From Psychrobacter sp. DM4 (GTDB lineage Bacteria > Pseudomonadota > Gammaproteobacteria > Pseudomonadales > Moraxellaceae): a stretch of DNA of 32,000 nucleotides. Location of the stretch: contig NZ_CP195536.1 in NCBI RefSeq assembly GCF_051307035.1, positions 2,070,001 through 2,102,000 of the forward strand. The letters run 5' to 3'. Position numbers and translations under genes: made by a program. Within the stretch, counting starts at the first letter, position 1. Each line of letters starts with the position of its first letter. Positions 21,937 through 29,970 of the stretch are shown here, in pieces. Under the pieces are notes generated by a model that did no database searches, had not been told where the DNA came from, and saw only the letters and a program-made list of their open reading frames with translations.

Positions 21937-22200
21937 ATGAGCGAGAACCCTATGAGAGATTTGAATAAGATTACTGAGAGTGAAGATACGATGATCGGAC
22001 GCGCGTTTTTGTACGGGCTTGGCGCTTATGGTGAAGATGGCGTACGCCGCGCTTTGGCGCTTATTTACAAGGAATGTGATGTGAGTATGGCGTTTTGTGG
22101 TCATACTCACATCACCCAAGTGACTGATGATATCTTGGTCAAAGGTACTTATGAGCACCTAAAATCTGGACGCCCTTATCTTGCACCGATGCGCTGGTAG
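21937..22200 (+). pseudogene. C-terminal relic of an FMN-dependent alpha-hydroxy-acid (L-lactate) dehydrogenase
   Basis: MIGRAFLYGLGAYGEDGVRRALALIYKECDVSMAFCGHTHITQVTDDILVKG...APM matches the last approx 70 residues of LldD-type enzymes (GRAFLYAL..G..GV...L.LI.KE..V.M...G...I.E.T.D.LV). The approx 300 N-terminal residues, including the FMN and catalytic barrel, are absent. Confidence 0.75.
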
Positions 22201-22266
22201 CTTTTTTGATTTGATGATTGGCTTATCTTGCACTGTTTATCATGACCTTTTAACTGATACCTATTT

Positions 22267-23253
22267 ATGACCATACAGCAATTACTAAAGACTGCGCCTA
22301 TTAGCACCTTATTATTAGTCGGTTTTATCGGACTATTTATCGTACAAGTGCTCACAGGCGTTGACGCTAACAACCCCTCGACCGAAGCACTGCTCTATTG
22401 GGGTGCTAATGCTTTGCCGCTTACAATGGTAGATGACCCGTGGCGACTGGTTAGTAGTGCATTTTTGCATATTGGTTTGATGCATTTATTATTTAATGGT
22501 TTTGCCATGTATTTTTTTGGGCAAGTGGCAGAGCCGATGTTTGGTTCCGCGAAGTTTTTAGCGCTATTTTTGCTCGCCGCTATCGGCGGCAATCTGCTCA
22601 ATAGTCAGGTAACATGGCAAGGCATCTTGGATGGCTCAGCGCAGCCGGGGTTATCCGCTGGCGCATCTGGCGGCATTATGGGTATTGGCGCAGCACTATT
22701 GATAGCGGCGCTGTTTAAGATATCTGTCAATGGCATGGTGCTTAATCTAAAGAGTCTGATACTGATTATGGGTATTAATCTGGTTTACGGCTTTGCGGTA
22801 CCAGGTATTGATAACGCTGGGCATATTGGCGGTGCAATTACTGGAGGGATTATTGCCCTTGGCTTTGCATTTGCGTATCGTCAACGTCTAGCCGCTCAAC
22901 GACAAGCTATTGCTGAGTACAAAAACCATTTGGCAACAACCACTCCTCAAGTTATCGATCACAGTCATCAACCGCTTAACGATATTTTTAGTGATAATGG
23001 TAGCCAAATCCCTGTAAACTTAGAGCATGATTCTAGTAACAACCCTAGCCATAGTTACTCTGTGAATACGACGACTCACCCTGATAACTTAGCCAAAGTT
23101 GCTGCCAAACCTCTTTCGCCTAAGCCTATAAAAACTGGTATTATTTGGCAACTACTGCCTTGGCTTACGATGTTCATTATCATGATTGGTTTTGTATGGT
23201 GGTGGCAAGATATACACAATCAAATATTGCAAGTACTCGCGGCGAATGAATAA
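22267..23253 (+). CDS. Rhomboid-family intramembrane serine protease with a long C-terminal extension
   Basis: WRLVSSAFLHIGLMHLLFNG, the catalytic GASGGIMG (GxSG), and NAGHIGGAITGG (catalytic His). An approx 100-aa low-complexity linker and one further TM (IIWQLLPWLTMFIIMIGFVWWW) follow. Confidence 0.88.
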   Translation: MTIQQLLKTAPISTLLLVGFIGLFIVQVLTGVDANNPSTEALLYWGANALPLTMVDDPWRLVSSAFLHIGLMHLLFNGFAMYFFGQVAEPMFGSAKFLALFLLAAIGGNLLNSQVTWQGILDGSAQPGLSAGASGGIMGIGAALLIAALFKISVNGMVLNLKSLILIMGINLVYGFAVPGIDNAGHIGGAITGGIIALGFAFAYRQRLAAQRQAIAEYKNHLATTTPQVIDHSHQPLNDIFSDNGSQIPVNLEHDSSNNPSHSYSVNTTTHPDNLAKVAAKPLSPKPIKTGIIWQLLPWLTMFIIMIGFVWWWQDIHNQILQVLAANE

Positions 23254-23322
23254 GTGCTCTACATCCACATTATCAATTAAAGCGTCACCTTACTTTCTTT
23301 TACCTGCTCATGAGATCCGACT

Positions 23323-24123
23323 ATGTCAAATCAATCCGCTCCTATTCGTAACCGTTTTTTATTGACTGCCCTAGCCGCTGCTACTTTATTTAGCATTGGC
23401 AGCCCTGCTAACGCGGCCCTATTCAAAAATCTACCCGCTGATCAAGATGCTGAGCTTAGCGTCGGTATCAATGTGTTGTACGCCAATAGTGCCTATGACT
23501 TGGATGATGAGCAGGTGCGTGTCTTGCCAGGCGTGTTCTACGACAACAATAAATACTATGCACGCGGCGCTCAAGTTGGTGCTTACATCGTCAATGATGG
23601 CACCAATCAGCTGGCCGCTTATGCCCAATTGGCAGGCAGCGAGTTCGATCCTGATGATGCCAATGGCGCACTCCAAGGTCTAGATAAACGTAAGTCATCA
23701 GCCGCTGCAGGTCTTAGCTACTTACGCCGTACGCCTGTTGGCGGCTTTCGTATTCAGGCTGCCACTGATGTCTTAGACCGTAGCGGCGGTACTACTGCCC
23801 GCCTCACATATCTGGCGCGCATCACTAAAAACAAGCTGACTGTTTATCCAAGCATTGGTTTTGAGTATAACGATGATGACTACAATGAGTACTATTACGG
23901 CGTTAGTGATGAAGAATCTGCGGACACCGGTGTTGACGCTTACAAGTCCAATTCAAGCTTAAATCCGTATGTTAACGTTAGTGCCAATTACGACTTCAAT
24001 GATCGCTTTGCAGGGTTCTTTAATCAAAGCTTGAGCTATCTACCAAACGAGCAGTACGATAGCCCAATGGTTGACTCGCGTACTGATGCTACGACAACTC
24101 TTGGCTTACTTTATAAGTTTTAG
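23323..24123 (+). CDS. MipA/OmpV-family outer-membrane scaffold protein
   Basis: A signal peptide ending PANA-AL, an alternating beta-barrel pattern, MipA-like LPGVFYDN..YYARG, and a C-terminal LLYKF. Confidence 0.75.
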   Translation: MSNQSAPIRNRFLLTALAAATLFSIGSPANAALFKNLPADQDAELSVGINVLYANSAYDLDDEQVRVLPGVFYDNNKYYARGAQVGAYIVNDGTNQLAAYAQLAGSEFDPDDANGALQGLDKRKSSAAAGLSYLRRTPVGGFRIQAATDVLDRSGGTTARLTYLARITKNKLTVYPSIGFEYNDDDYNEYYYGVSDEESADTGVDAYKSNSSLNPYVNVSANYDFNDRFAGFFNQSLSYLPNEQYDSPMVDSRTDATTTLGLLYKF

Positions 24124-24165
24124 GGTTTCGAAGTTTAAAAGGTGGGGTTTAGTATTTGACGTAGG

Positions 24166-24187
24166 CTGGGCTTTTAGCCCAGTTTTC
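24166..24187 (+). terminator. Probable rho-independent terminator after the MipA-family gene
   Basis: CTGGGC-TTTTA-GCCCAG followed by TTTTC. Confidence 0.55.
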
Positions 24188-24275
24188 TGATCGTACAAAA
24201 TTTAATAGCTACTACTAAATATATCTTGCTTTCTACTAAAATCCGATTAGATCATCACTTACTGAGCGTGCTGCT

Positions 24276-25736
24276 ATGCCTTCGTTCCATCTACTACTCA
24301 TCTATACGTTTTTACCTCTTAGCATACTATCAACAATTAATATCAGTCAGGCAGCACAAAGCGAAAGTCCTATTATTGGCAACGAAGAGTTTAAGACCTG
24401 TTTAGATACTCTGGGTAATTCTGCAACTTTTTCAAATATTAAAAGCGTCTTTAACCAATATCGTCCCGTAAGTAGCGACTCAAGCGTTCTAAAAGCGCTA
24501 AATTATCAGCCTGAGTTCTCAAAAGAGCCATGGGATTATCTGGCTAGTCTTGTCGATGAACAGAGGGTGATCGATGGTATAAAAGCTGGCGAACAACACG
24601 CTGACATCTTACAGCGTATCGAATCGCAATATGGTGTCAATCGTTATCACGTCTTAGGCGTTTGGGGCGTAGAATCAGATTTCGGTATCACTCTTGGCAA
24701 AAAAGACGTTATAACCTCATTAGCGACGCTGTCGTGCTTTGGACGGCGTCAAAGCTACTTTCGCGGTGAATATGTTAGTGCTCTAAAGATTCTCAAACAA
24801 GGCGATATTTCACCTACTGATTTTAAAGGCTCATGGGCAGGCGCTTTTGGACAAACCCAATTCATGCCTTCTACTTTTTTACAGTTAGCAAAAGATGGTG
24901 ATGGCGACGGGCGAAAAGACTTGGTGAATAGTCAAGCAGATGCTTTAGCTTCTACAGCTAACTTTCTAAAAAATAGTGGGTATCAATCTAAACAGCCCTG
25001 GGGTTATGAAGTACTTTTGCCACCAAATATTAACGTATCTGGCGACCGTAAGAACAAACTATCTATTTCACATTGGAGAAATTTAGGGATTACCTTGACA
25101 GATGGCGCACCTCTGCCCGACTCGCTAAACAAGGCGGGGTTATTTTTACCATCAGGTAAACAAGGTCCTGCTTTTTTGGTAGGTCGTAATTTTGATGCTT
25201 TTTATGCTTATAATGCATCAGAAAACTACGCCTTGGCCATTGCGCATCTCTCCAAACTTATAGAAGAAAAGAATCTTGGCGTTGATTTTGTGACCCCTTG
25301 GCCTACTGATGATCCAGGGTTGAGCCGAAAAGAGTCTAAAGAGGTGCAAGAAGCTCTAAATCTGCTGGGTTATGACGTTGGCAAGGTAGATGGTATTATC
25401 GGAGATGGCACACGTAGTGCTATTCAAGACTATCAAGCTGATAGCGACCTGGATCCTGATGGTAAGGCAGGTAAAAAAATTCATCAGTACTTATTGAAAA
25501 GTGTTGATCAGATTGTTATTGCCCCAGTACAAGCGCAAAATAATGCCACTCAAAGTGCAGGAAATAGTACTGGTGAAACACTATCAAGCACTGGTAACTC
25601 CTACAGTGCCAGTAAGACAACAACTAGATCTGAACCTAGAATTCCTTGGTTTTTTGATGTTAAAGTTTTTATAGCTATAATGATAAGCTTATTCCTATTG
25701 TTAATAATAATTCTAAGGAATAAAAAAAGACGTTAA
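24276..25736 (+). CDS. Lytic murein transglycosylase (MltB/SLT_2 type) with a PG-binding domain and a C-terminal TM tail
   Basis: A signal peptide (..ISQA-AQ), then GVWGVESDFG (catalytic Glu), GAFGQTQFMPSTF, DGDGDGRKDL and YNASENYALAI. A PG_binding_1-like repeat follows (VQEALNLLGYDVGKVDGIIGDGTRSAIQDYQ). The protein ends in an S/T/N linker, the TM VFIAIMISLFLLLIIIL and RNKKRR. Confidence 0.88.
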   Translation: MPSFHLLLIYTFLPLSILSTINISQAAQSESPIIGNEEFKTCLDTLGNSATFSNIKSVFNQYRPVSSDSSVLKALNYQPEFSKEPWDYLASLVDEQRVIDGIKAGEQHADILQRIESQYGVNRYHVLGVWGVESDFGITLGKKDVITSLATLSCFGRRQSYFRGEYVSALKILKQGDISPTDFKGSWAGAFGQTQFMPSTFLQLAKDGDGDGRKDLVNSQADALASTANFLKNSGYQSKQPWGYEVLLPPNINVSGDRKNKLSISHWRNLGITLTDGAPLPDSLNKAGLFLPSGKQGPAFLVGRNFDAFYAYNASENYALAIAHLSKLIEEKNLGVDFVTPWPTDDPGLSRKESKEVQEALNLLGYDVGKVDGIIGDGTRSAIQDYQADSDLDPDGKAGKKIHQYLLKSVDQIVIAPVQAQNNATQSAGNSTGETLSSTGNSYSASKTTTRSEPRIPWFFDVKVFIAIMISLFLLLIIILRNKKRR

Positions 25737-25740
25737 CTTT

Positions 25741-25770
25741 AATGAATAGCTATTTTAATAGCTATTCATT
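25741..25770. terminator. Perfect hairpin between convergent genes (possible bidirectional terminator)
   Basis: AATGAATAGCTA-TTTTAA-TAGCTATTCATT is a 12-bp perfect stem. There is no clean U-tract on either side. Confidence 0.45.
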
Positions 25771-25795
25771 GAAAATATAGTTGTTATATTCATCA

Positions 25796-26722
25796 TTAGT
25801 AACTGTCGAAATAACTTTTGACCTCGTAATAGCGTTCACCTAGCATTCTAGTGATACATTCCATTCTGACAATCTCCTGACGAACAGATTCGGCATTTCT
25901 TGCTTCATCGACACAAGTTTCATCCCGATAATTGACCCACTGTGCCTGATTATCTGTTAATGATTGTTGTGCTGAGGTAGAAGCTGATTTCCATAGTACG
26001 TTAAACTCGCTGCGTTTATAATCCATTTCAGCTTTGACAGCAGCTTGCTCTGCAGCTACTGAAGCTAAAGCATTTTTAGCCTCAGTAGCTGCAAACTCTT
26101 CAGCTTTTTCGGCGTCAACAGCAGCTTGGGCTATTGATTTGTTTTCTACCGCTTTTTGCTTCTGTACGTTGCTTTTTTGATTAGCATCAACGACGATATT
26201 AGCTATAAAATTAGACAAATCACTACCATTCTGCATTTCTACAAAAACAACTTCGCCATCATCTGTCGGTTGTACTGAATATTCTGCGGCATAAGTTAAA
26301 GCGTTAGCATCTAGATCTATGTCTTGCTGATAAGCATCTTCTTCGACGTCTAGTTCGCCGTAATACTCTCGAGTAAAGTTAGCGTTTTCTATCATATTCA
26401 CTGGAATAGTAACTTTCAACGTTCCCATGCAGAAGTTTTTAGTACTTTGAGGATCTTCTTTCGTGGTACGGATTTGAGAAATATCTGTGGTCAATTCATT
26501 AATACTGGCACGTATATTAGATCCTGATGTTCTAGTTTCGAACGCTTCACCGTAACTCTTAGCATTCGAATCAATCGATTTTTGTAATACTTCTTTTAAC
26601 AAAGTTACAGCATCAGGATCACCACATTCAATCTTCTTGCTACCTATATTCGATATTTGATTGCAACCTACAGCAGTCAAGATAGTGCCTAGTAGTACTA
26701 CCTTCGATACATTTCTATACAT
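25796..26722 (-). CDS. Lipoprotein with a C-terminal DUF1311 / LprI-like (lysozyme-inhibitor-like) domain
   Basis: Lipobox LTAVG-C at residues 16-20. An Ala/Glu/Lys-rich coiled segment is followed by QAQWVNYRDETC....E.VRMECITRMLGERYYEVKSY, which fits the DUF1311 pattern (W..YR...C ... C...R...L). Confidence 0.7.
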   Translation of the reverse strand: MYRNVSKVVLLGTILTAVGCNQISNIGSKKIECGDPDAVTLLKEVLQKSIDSNAKSYGEAFETRTSGSNIRASINELTTDISQIRTTKEDPQSTKNFCMGTLKVTIPVNMIENANFTREYYGELDVEEDAYQQDIDLDANALTYAAEYSVQPTDDGEVVFVEMQNGSDLSNFIANIVVDANQKSNVQKQKAVENKSIAQAAVDAEKAEEFAATEAKNALASVAAEQAAVKAEMDYKRSEFNVLWKSASTSAQQSLTDNQAQWVNYRDETCVDEARNAESVRQEIVRMECITRMLGERYYEVKSYFDSY

Positions 26723-27008
26723 AAGTTATCCCTGTTTTAACTATTTCTTTTGAGTAGAAATATTAATAAATACAAATTCACATACAAACAATAGTATAGT
26801 AACAAAAAATGTATCTCTAGGGAACAGCCTATGTGTTGAATCGATAAACAATGTTGCCAAATAGTGGCACGATAAAAATTTCGATGCCTCAATAAAAGTT
26901 GTGATTTTTATCAAAATTCTATAGCACTATTTTTAGTAAAATGCGTAACAAAACAACTCGTAACGTTCAAATTCAGACTAATATTTAAATATAAATAAAG
27001 TATCCTTT

Positions 27009-27051
27009 TGAAAAATAAAAAGACCTTGCCACATAACATGACAAGGTCTTT
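27009..27051 (-). terminator. Rho-independent terminator after fumC
   Basis: AAGACCTTG...CAAGGTCTT stem followed by a T-rich tract (TTATTTTTC) on the minus strand. Confidence 0.7.
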
Positions 27052-27078
27052 AAATTAACTTAAAACGAAACATATAAA

Positions 27079-28479
27079 TTAAGAAGGATGCACCATATCT
27101 GCTGGCGTGACCCACTCGTCGAACTGCGCTTCGGTCATTAGACCAAGCTCAACGGCAACTTGCTTCAAGGTTTTGTTTTCTTTGTATGCGGTCTTGGCAA
27201 TCTTCGCGGCATTTTCATAACCAACATGACGGTTCAATGCGGTGACTAGCATTAATGAGTTGTGCAAGAAGTCATCGATTTTGTCTTTTACAGGCTCAAT
27301 GCCAACCGCGCAATTGTCGTTAAAGCTGTTGCAGGCATCACCGAGCAGCTGGATAGATTGCAACAAGTTAAAGGCAATCACTGGCTTATACACGTTCAGC
27401 TCAAAGTTACCTGACGCGCCCGCCATGCTAATCGTTACGTCATTACCCATAACTTGCGCCACAACCATGGTCATCGCTTCTGACTGGGTTGGGTTTACTT
27501 TGCCTGGCATGATGGACGAGCCTGGCTCATTCTCAGGAATGGTCAATTCACCTAAACCACAACGAGGACCTGAGGCGAGCCAACGCACATCGTTAGCGAT
27601 TTTGTTTAAGCTTGCCGCTAAGGTTTTGAGTGCGCCTGACGCAAAGACTTCGGCATCACGAGCCGCTAGCGCTTCAAACTTGTTTGGTGACGTGACGAAT
27701 GGCAAGCCTGTCAAGGTTGATAATTGCTCAGCCGATTTTACTGCATAATCAGGATGAGCATTTAGACCCGTACCAACCGCAGTACCACCTAATGGCAATT
27801 CATATAAACCTTGTAGCGCATTGTCAATGCGAGTTAACGCATGATCTAACTGGCTCACATAACCGCTAAATTCTTGACCTAGCGTCAAAGGTGTCGCGTC
27901 TTGTAAGTGCGTACGACCAATCTTGACGATACTATCAAACTCTTTGGCTTTGGCATCTAGCGTATCGCGTAGTGCTTTTACCGCTGGAATCAATAAGCTG
28001 TTGATTTGACGCGCGGCAGCGACACGAATAGCGGTTGGGAAGCTGTCGTTGGTCGATTGGGCGTGATTGACATGGTCGTTCGGGTGAATCGGCTGATAGC
28101 TGCCGCGCTCAGAACCTGCGATTTCGTTAGCACGGTTAGCAAGCACTTCGTTCATATTCATGTTTGACTGGGTGCCAGAACCCGTCTGCCACACGACTAA
28201 TGGAAACTGATCCGTTAAACCGCCGTTGATAACTTCATCAGCCGCTTGTACGATCAAGTCGCGCTTGTCGCTATCAATACGCTCAAGGCTGGCATTAGTA
28301 ATCGCAGCGGCTTTTTTGACCAGTGCCATCGCCTCTAACATCGGACGCGGCAACGTCTCGCCACCGATTTTGAAGTTCTCACGGCTACGCTGAGTTTGCG
28401 CGCCCCAATAAGCCTCGCTTGGAACTTCGACATTACCCATAGTGTCTTTTTCGGTACGAGTGGCTTGATTCTGTGACAT
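27079..28479 (-). CDS. fumC: Class II fumarate hydratase
   Basis: [16 protein letters not shown] signature, 466 aa. AGAGGA lies 5 nt before the ATG. Confidence 0.97.
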   Translation of the reverse strand: MSQNQATRTEKDTMGNVEVPSEAYWGAQTQRSRENFKIGGETLPRPMLEAMALVKKAAAITNASLERIDSDKRDLIVQAADEVINGGLTDQFPLVVWQTGSGTQSNMNMNEVLANRANEIAGSERGSYQPIHPNDHVNHAQSTNDSFPTAIRVAAARQINSLLIPAVKALRDTLDAKAKEFDSIVKIGRTHLQDATPLTLGQEFSGYVSQLDHALTRIDNALQGLYELPLGGTAVGTGLNAHPDYAVKSAEQLSTLTGLPFVTSPNKFEALAARDAEVFASGALKTLAASLNKIANDVRWLASGPRCGLGELTIPENEPGSSIMPGKVNPTQSEAMTMVVAQVMGNDVTISMAGASGNFELNVYKPVIAFNLLQSIQLLGDACNSFNDNCAVGIEPVKDKIDDFLHNSLMLVTALNRHVGYENAAKIAKTAYKENKTLKQVAVELGLMTEAQFDEWVTPADMVHPS

Positions 28480-28619
28480 AACAATCCTCTTTTATAGTGT
28501 GTGAATAACTGCTTATGATAAATAGCGCAGCAAGTGCTGCACATAAAGTAGATAAGATATAAAGTGCCGTTATGATAGCATGACTTATTACAAATTTCTC
28601 AACGTCTGCGAGGATAACG

Positions 28620-29552
28620 ATGTCTAAAAATGTCGATTTAGAACCACTTAATACAGACTTAAACCGTAACTTATCGCCAACCGATGCTGTTCCATCTTGC
28701 CCTACAACTCGTAATCCACCTAGACGACATTTCACTCGTCAGCGTCGCCAGTTAAGCAACGGCGAACGTAGAAATTTGGCTCAGTCAGCGAGTTTGCATT
28801 TAACTAAGCTAAAATCACGCTTGCCTGCGAAGGCGCGTATTGGTCTCTACTATGACGGCTTCGGCGAGCTGCCGACTCAGCCACTGCTTGATTGGTGCCA
28901 GCGTCTAAACTATCAAGCTTACCTGCCCGTCGTAGGCTCACTTGGCATCAATGATAAACGCTTGCGCTTTGTACCGATTTATCATTCAAAACTGGTGAAC
29001 GTACCGACTCGGATTCATAGCTTAGGCATGAAGCAAAATCACAGTCGTCAGCTACTATGGGCAAAAGATTTGGACGTGGTTATTTGTCCACTGGTGGCAG
29101 TAGATTTGGATGGCAATCGTATGGGTATGGGTGGTGGGTTTTATGATACGACGCTTGGTAAAAGCTATCGTTCAGGTGTCAAGAAACCGTTGAAGATTGG
29201 CTGGTGCTATGACTTTCAAGTCGTAGAACAGCTTGCGCGCCAGTCATGGGACGTGCCATTAGATGGCTTGATTACGCCTAGCGGCTTGAGGTGGTTTCAA
29301 CCCAATCCTATTAAAGAGTTAGAAGTAGAAACGTCTAGCGCTGATACGGTTGATATGTACTTACAAGCATTGGGCAATGATGATGCTCGCGAGATGCTTT
29401 ACTACAGTCAAGAACAAGACTTTAGCGCTAAGGAATTATCAAAGGTGATTAATGAAGCACGCTTGAATGAATTGCTAGCGCAGAGTGATGCTTTTATAGC
29501 TGGTTTGAGTGGTGAGATTGGGGATTTTGATGGAGATGATGAATTAAAGTGA
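28620..29552 (+). CDS. 5-formyltetrahydrofolate cyclo-ligase (MTHFS) with an acidic C-terminal extension
   Basis: The core has RIGLYYDGFGELPT, YLPVV, DVVICPLVAVDLDGNRMGMGGGFYD and WDVPLDGLITPSG. GAGGAT lies 5 nt before the ATG. About 80 extra C-terminal residues have no MTHFS counterpart. Confidence 0.85.
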   Translation: MSKNVDLEPLNTDLNRNLSPTDAVPSCPTTRNPPRRHFTRQRRQLSNGERRNLAQSASLHLTKLKSRLPAKARIGLYYDGFGELPTQPLLDWCQRLNYQAYLPVVGSLGINDKRLRFVPIYHSKLVNVPTRIHSLGMKQNHSRQLLWAKDLDVVICPLVAVDLDGNRMGMGGGFYDTTLGKSYRSGVKKPLKIGWCYDFQVVEQLARQSWDVPLDGLITPSGLRWFQPNPIKELEVETSSADTVDMYLQALGNDDAREMLYYSQEQDFSAKELSKVINEARLNELLAQSDAFIAGLSGEIGDFDGDDELK

Positions 29553-29885
29553 GTAATGTGTAGGGTGCGCCAAACACCATCAAGTTTCACAACACCATCG
29601 CTGCAATCCAGCTAAACGTAAGTAGCGGAATACTATAATGAAGAAAGTTCGGCACCACGCTATTACTGACGCGGCCTGCGATAGCCGATAAACACGGCTG
29701 TCAGTAAACCGATAAACATACCAAGTGCTGGAACCGCCATCGCTTTGGTCGAGACTATCAGCCTTTTAAAAGGGCGTCAGTTCACCTGATTTTGACTACA
29801 AAGCCTATGCATAGAAACTGTCAGTTGAGGATACGATAGGGCATTTTATCAATATTTCTTGTCGTTAAGCCTGTTGAACTATAAG

Positions 29886-29915
29886 CCTTGCAATTTTGCT
29901 TGCGGACACCATTTA
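29886..29915 (+). promoter_or_regulatory. Candidate sigma32 (heat-shock) promoter for lon
   Basis: CCTTGCAA-N13-CACCATTTA compared with the consensus CCCTTGAA-N13/14-CCCCATnTA. It lies approx 55 nt upstream of the lon ATG. Confidence 0.5.
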
Positions 29916-29970
29916 TTTAACATGAAACACTAACTTGACTGAACAAGTCTAGTGAACGAGGATTGAATAT

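Noticed and set aside
28480-28619. Possible 6S RNA (ssrS), which commonly lies just upstream of the 5-formyl-THF cyclo-ligase gene in gammaproteobacteria
   Set aside because: Only 140 nt is available between the fumC start and the MTHFS start, against approx 180 nt for 6S RNA. I could not find the long closing stem or central bubble arrangement by eye. A covariance-model scan (Rfam 6S) would be decisive.
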